A DNA stretch of 27,173 bases, from positions 1-27,173 of the forward strand of contig NEEC01000444.1 of the NCBI GenBank assembly GCA_002189035.1, in the 5' to 3' direction. The translations under genes were made by a program, and so were the position numbers. This document shows, one piece after another, positions 1-14,877 of this stretch. The stretch's first letter is position 1, and each line of letters opens with the position of its first letter. The notes below the pieces were generated by a model. The model was not told the DNA's origin and searched no databases. It saw only the letters and a list, made by a program, of their open reading frames with translations. Origin of the DNA: Utricularia gibba (taxonomy: Eukaryota; Plantae; Magnoliophyta).

Positions 1-3000
1 CCAGCGAGACTGGCCGCCACAAAACGAGAAGCGGTTCCTTGAAAAACCATGTAGGCAGCCCCGAAAACCGAACGATAATAAATACATCACTTTATTTGTC
101 GGGCTACAATAACTCTCGGCGCAAGCCAAACCTTACTTTGTCCGTTCCAGTGCACCAAGACGCCTCCTCAAGTATAAAGTAAGTTGTTGAAAAAATCATG
201 TGGGGTGCACGTGATATCGCAATTTAAAACAAATGCATCATTTTTTTTAATCGATTTGCATCCGGTTGACCTCATGAGCCATACAGAATCGGGGTAAAGG
301 ACAAGTTCCCAGCGAGACTGGCGCCACAAAACGAGAAGCGGTTCTTGAAAAACCATGTAGGCAGCCCCGAAAACGAACGATAATAAATACATCACTTTAT
401 TTGTCGGGCTATAACTAACTCTCGGCGCAAGCCAAACCTTACCTTTGTCCGTTCAGGTGCACCCAAGACCGCCTCCCAAGTATAAAGTAAGTTGTTGAAA
501 AAAATCATGTGGGGTGCACGTGATATCGCAATTTAAACAAATGCATCATTTTTTTTAATCGATTTGCATCGGTTGACCTCATGAGCCATACAGAATCGGG
601 GTCAAAACCAAGTTCCCAGCGAGACTGGCCGCACAAAACGAGAAGCGGTTCTTGAAAAACATGTAGGCAGCCCGAAAACCGAACGATAATAAATACATCA
701 CTTTATTTGTCGGCTACAACTAACTCTCGGCAAGCCAAACTTACTTTGTCCGTTCCAGTGCACCCAAGACCGCTCCTCAAGTATAAAGTAAGTTGTTGAA
801 AAATCATGTGGGGTGCACGTGATATCGCAATTTAAACAAATGCATCATTTTTTTTTAATCGATTTCATCCGGTTGACCTCATGAGCATACAGAATCGGGG
901 TCAAGGACCAAGTTCCAGCGAGACTGGCGCCAAAAAGAGAAGCGGTTCCTTGAAAAACCATGTAGGCAGCCCCGAAAACCGAACGATAATAATACATCAC
1001 TTTATTTGTCGGGCTACAACTAACTCTCGGCGCAAGCCAAACCTTACCTTTGTCCCGTTCAGCTGCACCAAGACCGCCTCTTCAAGTATAAAGTAAGTTG
1101 TTGAAAAAAATCATGTGGGGTGCACATGATATCGCAATTTAAACAAATGCATCATTTTTTTTAATCGATTTGCATCCGGTTGACCTCATGAGCCATACAA
1201 AATCGGGGTAAAGGACCAATTTCCAGCGAGACTGGCCGCCACAAAACGAGAAGCGGTTCCTTGAAAAACCATGTAGGCAGCCCGAAAACCGAACGATAAT
1301 AAATACATCACTTTATTTGTCGGGCTACAACTAACTCTCGGCGCAAGCCAAACCTTACTTTGTCCGTTCAGGTGCACCCAAGACGCCTCTCAAGTATAAA
1401 GTAAGTTGTTGAAAAAATCATGTGGGGTGCACGTGATATCGCAATTTAAACAATGCATCATTTTTTTAATCGATTTGCATCCGGTTGACCTCATGAGCCA
1501 TACAGAATCGGGGTCAAGGACAAGTTCCAGCGAGACTGGCCGCCACAAAACGAGAAGCGGTTCCTTGAAAAACCATGTAGGCAGCCCCGAAAACCGAACG
1601 ATAATAAATACACTTTATTTGTGGGCTACAACTAACTCTCGGCAAGCCAAACCTTACTTTGTCCGTTCAGTGCACCCAAGACGCTCTCCCAAGTATAAAG
1701 TAAGTTGTTGAAAAAAATCATGTGGGGTGCACGTGATATCGCAATTTAAACAAATGCATCATTTTTTTTAATCGATTTGCATCCGGTTGACCTCATGAGC
1801 CATACAGAATCGGGGTCAAGGACCAAGTTCCCAGCGAGACTGGCCGCCACAAAACGAGAAGCGGTTCCTTGAAAAACCATGTAGGCAGCCCGAAAACCGA
1901 ACGATAAAAAATACATCACTTTATTTGCCGGGCTACAACTAACTCTCGCGCAAGCCAAACCTTACCTTTGTCCGTTCAGGTGCACCCCAAGACCGTCCTC
2001 AAGTATAAAGTAAGTTGTTGAAAAAATCATGTGGGGTGCACGTGATATCGCAATTTAAAACAAATGCATCATTTTTTTTAATCGATTTGCATCCGGTTGA
2101 CCTCATGAGCCATACAGAATCGGGGTCAAGGACCAAGTTCCCAGCGAGACTGGCCGCCACAAAAGAGAAGCGGTTCTTGAAAAACCATGTAGGCAGCCCC
2201 GAAAACCGAACGATAATAAATACATCACTTTATTTGTCGGGCTACAACTAACTCTCGGCGCAAGCCAAACCTTACCTTTGTCCGTTCCAGCTGCACCAAG
2301 ACCGCCTCCTCAAGTATAAAGTAAGTTGTTGAAAAAATCATGTGGGGTGCACATGATATCGCAATTTAAACAAATGCATCATTTTTTTTAATCGATTTGC
2401 ATCCGGTTGACCTCATGAGCCATACAGAATCGGGGTAAAAGGACAATTTCCCAGCGAGACTGGCCGCCAAAAGAGAAGCGGTTCCTTGAAAAACCATGTA
2501 GGCAGCCCCGAAAACCGAACGATAATAAATATCACTTTATTTGTCGGGCTACAACTAACTCTCGGCGCAAGCCAAACCTTACTTTGTCCGTTCAAGGTGC
2601 ACCCAAGACGCCTCCTCAAGTATAAAGTAAGTTGTTGAAAAAATCATGTGGGGTGCACGTGATATCGCAATTTAAACAAATGCATCATTTTTTTTAATCG
2701 ATTTGCATCCGGTTGACCTCATGAGCATACAGAATCGGGGTCAAGGACAAGTTCCAGCGAGACTGGCCGCACAAAACGAGAAGCGGTTCCTTGAAAAACC
2801 ATGTAGGCAGCCCCCGAAAACCGAACGATAAAAAATACATCACTTTATTTGCCGGGCTACAACTAACTCTCGGCGCAAGCCAAACCTTACCTTTGTCCGT
2901 TCCAGCTGCACCCAAGACCGCCTCTCAAGTATAAAGTAAGTTGTTGAAAAATCATGTGGGGTGCACATGATATCGCAATTTAAACAAATGCATCATTTTT

Positions 3001-6000
3001 TTTAATCGATTTGCATCCGGTTGACCTCATGAGCCATACAGAATCGGGGTCAAGGACCAAGTTCCCAGCGAGACTGGCGCACAAAACGAGAAGCGGTTCC
3101 TTGAAAAACCATGTAGGCAGCCCCGAAAACCGAACGATAATAAATACATCACTTTATTTGTCGGGCTACAACTAACTCTCGGCGCAAGCCAAACCTTACC
3201 TTTGTCCGTTCCAGTGCACCCAAGACGCCTCCTCAAGTATAAAGTAAGTTGTTGAAAAAATCATGTGGGGTGCACGTGATATCGCAATTTAAACAAATGC
3301 ATCATTTTTTTTAATCGATTTGCATCCGGTTGACCTCATGAGCCATACAGAATCGGGGTCAAGGACCAAGTTCCCAGCGAGACTGGCCGCACAAAACGAG
3401 AAGCGGTTCCTTGAAAAACATGTAGGCAGCCCCCGAAAACCGAACGATAATAAACATCACTTTATTTGTCGGGCTACAACTAACTCTCGGCGCAAGCCAA
3501 ACCTTACCTTTGTCCTGTTCAGGTGCACCCAAGACGCCTCCTCAAGTATAAAGTAAGTTGTTGAAAAAATCATGTGGGGTGCACGTGATATCGCAATTTA
3601 AACAAATGCATCATTTTTTTTAATCGATTTGCATCCGGTTGACCTCATGAGCCATACAGAATCGGGGTCAAGGACCAAGTTCCAGCGAGACTGGCCGCCA
3701 CAAAACGAGAAGCGGTTCCTTGAAAAACCATGTAGGCAGCCCCGAAAACCGAACGATAATAAATACATCACTTTATTTGTCGGGCTACAACTAACTCTCG
3801 CGCAAGCCAAACCTTACTTTGTCCGTTCCAGCTGCACCCCAAGACCGCCTCCTCAAGTATAAAGTAAGTTGTTGAAAAAATCATGTGGGGTGCACATGAT
3901 ATCGCAATTTAAACAAATGCATCATTTTTTTTAATCGATTTGCATCGGTTGACCTCATGAGCCATACAGAATCGGGGTCAAGGACCAATTTCCCAGCGAG
4001 ACTGGCCGCCACAAAACGAGAAGCGGTTCCTTGAAAAACCATGTAGGAGCCCGAAAACCGAACGATAATAAATATCACTTTATTTGTGGGCTACAACTAA
4101 CTCTCGGCGCAAGCCAAACCTTACTTTGTCCGTTCCAGGTGCACCCAAGACCGCTCAAGTATAAAGTAAGTTGTTGAAAAAAATCATGTGGGGTGCACGT
4201 GATATCGCAATTTAAACAAATGCATCATTTTTTTTAATCGATTTGCATCGGTTGACCTCATGAGCCATACAGAATCGGGGTCAAAACAAGTTCCAGCGAG
4301 ACTGGCCGCCACAAAACGAGAAGCGGTTCCTTGAAAAACATGTAGGCAGCCCCCGAAAACCGAACGATAAAAATACATCACTTTATTTGTCGGGCTACAA
4401 CTAACTCTCGCGCAAGCCAAACTTACTTTGTCCGTTCAGCTGCACCCAAGACGCCTCCTCAAGTATAAAGTAAGTTGTTGAAAAAATCATGTGGGGTGCA
4501 CATGATATCGCAATTTAAACAAATGCATCATTTTTTTTTAATCGATTTGCATCGGTTGACCTCATGAGCCATACAGAATCGGGGTCAAGGACAAGTTCCA
4601 GCGAGACTGGCCGCCACAAAACGAGAAGCGGTTCCTTGAAAAACCATGTAGGCCCCCGAAAACGAACGATAATAAATACATCACTTTATTTGTCGGGCTA
4701 CAACTAACTCTCGCGCAAGCCAAACCTTACCTTTGTCCGTTCAGGTGCACCCAAGACCGCCTCCTCAAGTATAAAGTAAGTTGTTGAAAAAATCATGTGG
4801 GGTGCACGTGATATCGCAATTTAAACAAATGCATCATTTTTTTTTAATCGATTTGCATCCGGTTGACCTCATGAGCCATACAGAATCGGGGTCAAGGACA
4901 AGTTCCCAGCGAGACTGGCCGCCACAAAACGAGAAGCGGTTCCTTGAAAAACCATGTAGGCAGCCCCCGAAAACCGAACGATAATAAATACATCACTTTA
5001 TTTGTCGGGCTACAACTAACTCTCGGCGCAAGCCAAACCTTACTTTGTCCGTTCCAGTGCACCCAAGACGCCTCTCAAGTATAAAGTAAGTTGTTGAAAA
5101 AAATCATGTGGGGTGCACATGATATCGCAATTTAAACAAATGCATCATTTTTTTTAATCGATTTGCATCCGGTTGACCTCATGAGCCATACAGAATCGGG
5201 GTCAAGGACAAGTTCCAGCGAGACTGGCCGCCACAAAACGAGAAGCGGTTCTTGAAAAACCATGTAGGCAGCCCCGAAAACCGAACGATAATAAATACAT
5301 CACTTTATTTGTCGGGCTACAACTAACTCTCGGCGCAAGCCAAACCTTACCTTTGTCCGTTCAGGTGCACCCAAGACCGCTCTCAAGTATAAAGTAAGTT
5401 GTTGAAAAAATCATGTGGGGTGCACATGATATCGCAATTTAAACAAATGCATCATTTTTTTTAATCGATTTGCATCGGTTGACCTCATGAGCCATACAGA
5501 ATCGGGGTCAAGGACAAGTTTCCAGCGAGACTGGCCGCCACAAAAACGAGAAGCGGTTCCTTGAAAAACCATGTAGGCAGCCCCCGAAAACCGAACGATA
5601 ATAAATACATCACTTTATTTGTCGGGCTACAACTAACTCTCGGCGCAAGCCAAACCTTACCTTTGTCCGTTCAGCTGCACCCCAAGACCGCCTCCTCAAG
5701 TATAAAGTAAGTTGTTGAAAAAATCATGTGGGGTGCACATGATATCGCAATTTAAACAAATGCATCATTTTTTTTAATCGATTTGCATCCGGTTGACCTC
5801 ATGAGCCATACAGAATCGGGGTCAAGGACAAGTTCCCAGCGAGACTGGCCGCCACAAAACGAGAAGCGGTTCCTTGAAAAACCATGTAGGCAGCCCCGAA
5901 AACCGAACGATAATAAATACATCACTTTATTTGTCGGGCTACAACTAACTCTCGGCGCAAGCCAAACCTTACCTTTGTCCGTTCCAGCTGCACCCAAGAC

Positions 6001-7238
6001 GCTCCTCAAGTATAAAGTAAGTTGTTGAAAAAATCATGTGGGGTGCACATGATATCGCAATTTAAACAAATGCATCATTTTTTTTAATCGATTTGCATCC
6101 GGTTGACCTCATGAGCCATACAGAATCGGGGTCAAGGACCAAGTTCCCAGCGAGACTGGCGCACAAAAACGAGAAGCGGTTCCTTGAAAAACCATGTAGG
6201 CAGCCCCGAAAACCGAACGATAAAAAATAATCACTTTATTTGTGGGCTACAACTAACTCTCGGCGCAAGCCAAACTTACCTTTGTCCGTTCAGGTGCACC
6301 CAAGACCGCCTCCTCAAGTATAAAGTAAGTTGTTGAAAAAATCATGTGGGGTGCACGTGATATCGCAATTTAAACAAATGCATCATTTTTTTTAATCGAT
6401 TTGCATCGGTTGACCTCATGAGCCATACAGAATCGGGGTCAAGGACCAAGTTCCCAGCGAGACTGGCCGCCACAAAACGAGAAGCGGTTCCTTGAAAAAC
6501 CATGTAGGCAGCCCGAAAACCGAACGATAATAAATACATCACTTTATTTGTCGGGCTACAACTAACTCTCGGCGCAAGCCAAACCTTACCTTTGTCCTTC
6601 AGGTGCACCCAAGACGCCTCCTCAAGTATAAAGTAAGTTGTTGAAAAAATCATGTGGGGTGCACATGATATCGCAATTTAAACAAATGCATCATTTTTTT
6701 TAATCGATTTGCATCCGGTTGACCTCATGAGCCATACAGAATCGGGGTCAAGGACCAAGTTCCAGCGAGACTGGCGCCACAAAACGAGAAGCGGTTCCTT
6801 GAAAAACATGTAGGCAGCCCCGAAAACCGAACGATAATAAATACATCACTTTATTTGTCGGGCTACAACTAACTCTCGGCGCAAGCCAAACTTACCTTTG
6901 TCCGTTCAGCTGCACCCAAGACGCCTCCTCAAGTATAAAGTAAGTTGTTGAAAAATCATGTGGGGTGCACATGATATCGCAATTTAAACAAATGCATCAT
7001 TTTTTTTTAATCGATTTCCATCGGTTGACCTCATGAGCCATACAGAATCGGGGTCAAGGACCAAGTTCCAGCGAGACTGGCCGCCACAAAACGAGAAGCG
7101 GTTCCTTGAAAAACCATGTAGGCAGCCCGAAAACCGAACGATAATAAATACATCACTTTATTTGTCGGGCTACAACTAACTCTCGGCGCAAGCCAAACTT
7201 ACCTTTGTCCTGTTCGAGGTGCACCCAAGACGCTCCTC

Positions 7239-10200
7239 AAGTATAAAGTAAGTTGTTGAAAAAATCATGTGGGGTGCACGTGATATCGCAATTTTAAACA
7301 AATGCATCATTTTTTTTAATCGATTTGCATCCGGTTGACCTCATGAGCCATACAGAATCGGGGTCAAGGACCAAGTTCCAGCGAGACTGGCCGCCACAAA
7401 ACGAGAAGCGGTTCCTTGAAAAACATGTAGGCAGCCCCGAAAACCGAACGATAATAAATACATCACTTTATTTGTCGGGCTACAACTAACTCTCGGCGCA
7501 AGCAAACCTTACTTTGTCCGTTCCAGTGCACCCAAGACGCTCCTCAAGTATAAAGTAAGTTGTTGAAAAAATCATGTGGGGTGCACGTGATATCGCAATT
7601 TAAACAAATGCATCATTTTTTTTAATCGATTTGCATCCGGTTGACCTCATGAGCCATACAGAATCGGGGTCAAGGACCAAGTTCCCAGCGAGACTGGCCG
7701 CACAAAAACGAGAAGCGGTTCCTTGAAAAACCATGTAGGCAGCCCCGAAAACCGAACGATAATAAATACATCACTTTATTTGTCGGGCTACAACTAACTC
7801 TCGCGCAAGCCAAACCTTACTTTGTCCGTTCAGTGCACCCCAAGACGCCTCCTCAAGTATAAAGTAAGTTGTTGAAAAATCATGTGGGGTGCACGTGATA
7901 TCGCAATTTAAACAAATGCATCATTTTTTTTAATCGATTTGCATCCGGTTGACCTCATGAGCCATACAGAATCGGGGTCAAGGACAAGTTCCCAGCGAGA
8001 CTGGCCGCCACAAAACGAGAAGCGGTTCCTTGAAAAACCATGTAGGCAGCCCCGAAAACCGAACGATAATAAATACATCACTTTATTTGTCGGGCTACAA
8101 CTAACTCTCGGCGCAAGCCAAACCTTACCTTTGTCCGTTCCAGTGCACCCAAGACGCCTCCTCAAGTATAAAGTAAGTTGTTGAAAAAATCATGTGGGGT
8201 GCACGTGATATCGCAATTTAAACAAATGCATCATTTTTTTTAATCGATTTGCATCCGGTTGACCTCATGAGCCATACAGAATCGGGGTCAAGGACCAAGT
8301 TCCCAGCGAGACTGGCCGCCACAAAACGAGAAGCGGTTCCTTGAAAAACCATGTAGGCAGCCCCGAAAACCGAACGATAATAAATACATCACTTTATTTG
8401 TCGGGCTACAACTAACTCTCGGCGCAAGCCAAACCTTACCTTTGTCCGTTCCAGCTGCACCCAAGACCGCTCCTCAAGTATAAAGTAAGTTGTTGAAAAA
8501 TCATGTGGGGTGCACGTGATATCGCAATTTAAACAAATGCATCATTTTTTTTAATCGATTTGCATCCGGTTGACCTCATGAGCCATACAGAATCGGGGTC
8601 AAGGACCAAGTTCCCAGCGAGACTGGCCGCACAAAACGAGAAGCGGTTCCTTGAAAACCATGTAGGCAGCCCCCGAAAACCGAACGATAATAAATACATC
8701 ACTTTATTTGTCGGGCTACAACTAACTCGGCGCAAGCCAAACTTACCTTTGTCCGTTCCAGCTGCACCCAAGACGCCTCTCAAGTATAAAGTAAGTTGTT
8801 GAAAAAATCATGTGGGGTGCACGTGATATCGCAATTTAAACAAATGCATCATTTTTTTTAATCGATTTGCATCGGTTGACCTCATGAGCCATACAGAATC
8901 GGGGTCAAGGACCAAGTTCCCAGCGAGACTGGCCGCCACAAAACGAGAAGCGGTTCCTTGAAAAACCATGTAGGCAGCCCGAAAACCGAACGATAATAAA
9001 TACATCACTTTATTTGTCGGGCTACAACTAACTCTCGGCGCAAGCCAAACTTACCTTTGTCCGTTCAGGTGCACCCAAGACGCCTCCTCAAGTATAAAGT
9101 AAGTTGTTGAAAAAATCATGTGGGGTGCACGTGATATCGCAATTTAAACAAATGCATCATTTTTTTTAATCGATTTGCATCCGGTTGACCTCATGAGCCA
9201 TACAGAATCGGGGTCAAGGACCAAGTTCCCAGCGAGACTGGCCGCACAAAAGAGAAGCGGTTCTTGAAAAACCATGTAGGCAGCCCCCGAAAACCGAACG
9301 ATAATAAATACATCACTTTATTTGTCGGGCTACAACTAACTCTCGCGCAAGCCAAACTTACCTTTGTCCGTTCAGGTGCACCCAAGACGCCTCTCAAGTA
9401 TAAAGTAAGTTGTTGAAAAAATCATGTGGGGTGCACGTGATATCGCAATTTAAACAAAATGCATCATTTTTTTTAATCGATTTGCATCCGGTTGACCTCA
9501 TGAGCCATACAGAATCGGGGTCAAGGACAAGTTCCCAGCGAGACTGGCCGCCACAAAACGAGAAGCGGTTCCTTGAAAAACCATGTAGGCAGCCCGAAAA
9601 CCGAACGATAATAAATACATCACTTTATTTGCGGGCTACAACTAACTCTCGGCGCAAGCCAAACCTTACCTTTGTCCGTTCTGCACCCAAGACGCCTCCT
9701 CAAGTATAAAGTAAGTTGTTGAAAAAATCATGTGGGGTGCACGTGATATCGCAATTTAAACAAATGCATCATTTTTTTTAATCGATTTGCATCCGGTTGA
9801 CCTCATGAGCCATACAGAATCGGGGTCAAGGACCAAGTTCCCAGCGAGACTGGCCGCCACAAAACGAGAAGCGGTTCCTTGAAAACCATGTAGGCAGCCC
9901 CGAAAACCGAACGATAATAAATACATCACTTTATTTGTCGGGCTACAACTAACTCTCGGCGCAAGCCAAACCTTACCTTTGTCCTGTTCGAGGTGCACCC
10001 TAAGACGCCTCCTCAAGTATAAAGTAAGTTGTTGAAAAAATCATGTGGGGTGCACGTGATATCGCAATTTAAACAAATGCATCATTTTTTTTAATCGATT
10101 TGCATCCGGTTGACCTCATGAGCCATACAGAATCGGGGTCAAGGACCAAGTTCCAGCGAGACTGGCGCCACAACGAGAAGCGGTTCCTTGAAAAACCATG

Positions 10201-12781
10201 TAGGCAGCCCCCCGAAAACCGAACGATAATAAATACATCACTTTATTTGTCGGGCTACAACTAACTCTCGGGCAAGCCAAAACCTTACTTTGTCCCGTTC
10301 CAGCTGCACCCAAGACCGCTCCTCAAGTATAAAGTAAGTTGTTGAAAAAATCATGTGGGGTGCACGTGATATCGCAATTTAAACAAATGCATCATTTTTT
10401 TTTAATCGATTTGCATCCGGTTGACCTCATGAGCCATACAGAATCGGGGTCAAGGACCAAGTTCCCAGCGAGACTGGCCGCCACAAAACGAGAAGCGGTT
10501 CCTTGAAAAACCATGTAGGCAGCCCCCGAAAACCGAACGATAATAAATACATCACTTTATTTGTCGGGCTACAACTAACTCTCGGCGCAAGCCAAACTTA
10601 CCTTTGTCCTGTTCGAGGTGCACCCAAGACGCCTCCTCAAGTATAAAGTAAGTTGTTGAAAAAATCATGTGGGGTGCACGTGATATCGCAATTTAAACAA
10701 ATGCATCATTTTTTTTAATCGATTTGCATCCGGTTGACCTCATGAGCCATACAGAATCGGGGTCAAGGACCAAGTTCCCAGCGAGACTGGCCGCCACAAA
10801 ACGAGAAGCGGTTCCTTGAAAAACCATGTAGGCAGCCCCCGAAAACCGAACGATAATAAATACATCACTTTATTTGTCGGGCTACACTAACTCTCGGGCA
10901 AGCCAAACTTACCTTTGTCCTGTTCGAGGTGCACCCAAGACGCCTCTCAAGTATAAAGTAAGTTGTTGAAAAATCATGTGGGGTGCACGTGATATCGCAA
11001 TTTAAACAAATGCATCATTTTTTTTAATCGATTTGCATCCGGTTGACCTCATGAGCCATACAGAATCGGGGTCAAGGACCAAGTTCCCAGCGAGACTGGC
11101 CGCAAAAACGAGAAGCGGTTCCTTGAAAAACCATGTAGGCAGCCCCGAAAACCGAACGATAATAAATACATCACTTTATTTGTCGGGCTACAACTAACTC
11201 TCGGCGCAAGCCAAACCTTACTTTGTCCTGTTCAGGTGCACCCTAAGATGCCTCTCAAGTATAAAGTAAGTTGTTGAAAAAATCATGTGGGGTGCACGTG
11301 ATATCGCAATTTAAACAAATGCATCATTTTTTTTAATCGATTTGCATCCGGTTGACCTCATGAGCCATACAGAATCGGGGTCAAGGACCAAGTTCCAGCG
11401 AGACTGGCCGCCACAAAACGAGAAGCGGTTCCTTGAAAAACATGTAGGCAGCCCGAAAACCGAACGATAATAAATACATCACTTTATTTGTCGGGCTACA
11501 ACTAACTCTCGCGCAAGCCAAACCTTACTTTGTCCGTTCGAGGTGCACCCCAAGACGCCTCTCAAGTATAAAGTAAGTTGTTGAAAAAATCATGTGGGGT
11601 GCACGTGATATCGCAATTTAAACAAATGCATCATTTTTTTTAATCGATTTGCATCCGGTTGACCTCATGAGCCATACAGAATCGGGGTCAAGGACCAAGT
11701 TCCCAGCGAGACTGGCCGCAAAAACGAGAAGCGGTTCCTTGAAAAACCATGTAGGCAGCCCCGAAAACCGAACGATAATAAATACATCACTTTATTTGTC
11801 GGGCTACAACTAACTCTCGGCGCAAGCCAAACTTACTTTGTCCGTTCGAGTGCACCAAGACGCTCCTCAAGTATAAAGTAAGTTGTTGAAAAAATCATGT
11901 GGGGTGCACGTGATATCGCAATTTAAAAATGCATCATTTTTTTTAATCGATTTGCATCCGGTTGACCTCATGAGCCATACAGAATCGGGGTCAAGGACCA
12001 AGTTCCCAGCGAGACTGGCGCCACAAAACGAGAAGCGGTTCCTTGAAAAACCATGTAGGCAGCCCCGAAAACCGAACGATAATAAATACATCACTTTATT
12101 TGTCGGGCTACAACTAACTCTCGCGCAAGCCAAACTTACTTTGTCCGTTCTGCACCCCAGACGCTCCTCAAGTATAAAGTAAGTTGTTGAAAAATCATGT
12201 GGGGTGCACGTGATATCGCAATTTAAACAAATGCATCATTTTTTTTAATCGATTTGCATCCGGTTGACCTCATGAGCCATACAGAATCGGGGTCAAGGAC
12301 AAGTTCCCAGCGAGACTGGCCGCACAAAACGAGAAGCGGTTCCTTGAAAAACCATGTAGGCAGCCCCGAAAACCGAACGATAAAAATACATCACTTTATT
12401 TGTCGGGCTACAACTAACTCTCGGCGCAAGCCAAACCTTACCTTTGTCCGTTCAGGTGCACCCTAAGACGCCTCCTCAAGTATAAAGTAAGTTGTTGAAA
12501 AAATCATGTGGGGTGCACGTGATATCGCAATTTAAACAAATGCATCATTTTTTTTAATCGATTTGCATCCGGTTGACCTCATGAGCCATACAGAATCGGG
12601 GTCAAGGACCAAGTTCCAGCGAGACTGGCCGCACAAAACGAGAAGCGGTTCCTTGAAAAACATGTAGGAAGCCCGAAAACCGAACGATAATAAATACATC
12701 ACTTTATTTGTCGGCTACAACTAACTCTCGCGCAAGCCAAACCTTACTTTGTCCGTTCAGCTGCACCCAAGACCGCTCCTC
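7239..12781 (+). repeat. Locally uniform sub-array: 18 consecutive CACGTG-type monomers
   Basis: All monomers starting 7239 through 12478 carry GTGCACGTGAT. Elsewhere the longest CACGTG run is 3 monomers. The block is enriched for tail variants GTCCTGTT, GTTCGAG and CACCCTAAG. Confidence 0.8.
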
Positions 12782-14619
12782 AAGTATAAAGTAAGTTGTT
12801 GAAAAAATCATGTGGGTGCACATGATATCGCAATTTAAACAAATGCATCATTTTTTTTTAATCGATTTGCATCGGTTGACCTCATGAGCCATACAGAATG
12901 GGGTAAGGACCAAGTTTCCAGCGAGACTGGCCGCCACAAAACGAGAAGCGGTTCCTTGAAAAATGTAGGCAGCCCCGAAAACCGAACGATAATAAATATC
13001 ACTTTATTTGTGGGCTACAACTAACTCTCGGCAAGCCAAACCTTACCTTTGTCCCGTTCAAGGTGCACCCCAAGACCGCCTCAAGTATAAAGTAAGTTGT
13101 TGAAAAAATCATGTGGGGTGCACGTGATATCGCAATTTAAACAAATGCATCATTTTTTTTAATCGATTTGCATCCGGTTGACCTCATGAGCCATACAGAA
13201 TCGGGGTCAAAACCAAGTTCCCAGCGAGACTGGCCGCCACAAAACGAGAAGCGGTTCCTTGAAAACCATGTAGGCAGCCCCGAAAACCGAACGATAAAAA
13301 TACATCACTTTATTTGCCGGGCTACAACTAACTCTCGCCGCAAGCCAAACTTACCTTTGTCCTGTTCCAGTGCACCAAGACCGCCTCCTCAAGTATAAAG
13401 TAAGTTGTTGAAAAAATCATGTGGGTGCACGTGATATCGCAATTTAAACAAATGCATCATTTTTTTAATCGATTTGCATCCGGTTGACCTCATGAGCATA
13501 CAGAATCGGGGTCAAGGACCAAGTTCCCAGCGAGACTGGCGCGCCACAAAACGAGAAGCGGTTCCTTGAAAAACCATGTAGGAAGCACGAAAACGAACGA
13601 TAATAAATACATCACTTTATTTGCCGGGCTACAACTAACTCTCGCCGCAAGCCAAACCTTACCTTTGTCCCGTTCCAGTGCACCCAAGATCCTCAAGTAT
13701 AAGTAAGTTGTTGAAAAATCATGTGGGGTGCACATGATATCGCAATTTAAACAAATGCATCATTTTTTTAAATCGATTTCCATCCGGTTGACCTCATGAG
13801 CATACAGAATCGGGGTCAAGGACCAAGTTCCAGCGAGACTGGCCGCACAAAACGAGAAGCGGTTCCTTGAAAAACCATGTAGGCAGCCCCCGAAAACCGA
13901 ACGATAATAAATACATCACTTTATTTGTCGGGCTACAACTAACTCTCGCGCAAGCCAAACTTACCTTTGTCCTTTCGAGGTGCACCCTAAGATCGCCTCC
14001 TCAAGTATAAAGTAAGTTGTTGAAAAAATCATGTGGGGTGCACGTGATATCGCAATTTAAACAAATGCATCATTTTTTTTAATCGATTTGCATCCGGTTG
14101 ACCTCATGAGCCATACAGAATCGGGGTCAGACCAAGTTCCCAGCGAGACTGGCCGCCACAAAACGAGAAGCGGTTCCTTGAAAAACCATGTAGGCAGCCC
14201 CCGAAAACCGAACGATAAAAATACATCACTTATTTGCCGGGCTACAACTAACTCTCGCGCAAGCCAAACCTTACCTTTGTCCCGTTTGCACCCCAAGACC
14301 GCCTCCTCAAGTATAAAGTAAGTTGTTGAAAAAATCATGTGGGTGCACGTGATATCGCAATTTAAACAAATGCATCATTTTTTTAATCGATTTGCATCCG
14401 GTTGACCTCATGAGCCATACAGAATCGGGGTCAAGGACCAAGTTCCCAGCGAGACTGGCCGCCACAAAACGAGAAGCGGTTCCTTGAAAAACCATGTAGG
14501 CAGCCCCGAAAACCGAACGATAATAAATACATCACTTTATTTGTCGGCTACAACTAACTCTCGCCGCAAGCCAAACCTTACCTTTGTCCCGTTCCAGCTG
14601 CACCCAAGACCGCCTCCTC

Positions 14620-14877
14620 AAGTATAAAGTAAGTTGTTGAAAAAATCATGTGGGTGCACATGATATCGCAATTTAAACAAATGCATCATTTTTTTAATCG
14701 ATTTGCATCCGGCCTCATGAGCCATACAATGGGAAAAGCACTTGAAAAACCATGTAGGCAGCCCCGAAAACCGAACGATAATAAATACATCACTTATTTG
14801 CCGGGCTACAACTAACTCTCGCGCAAGCCAAACCTTACCTTTGTCCCGTTCAGCTGCACCCCCAAGACCGCCTCCTC
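14620..14877 (+). repeat. Truncated monomer (258 bp) with an internal deletion/garbled segment in subunit A
   Basis: At 14701-14750 it reads ATTTGCATCCGGCCTCATGAGCCATACAATGGGAAAAGCACTTGAAAAAC; roughly 55 bp of consensus is missing. Confidence 0.9.
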
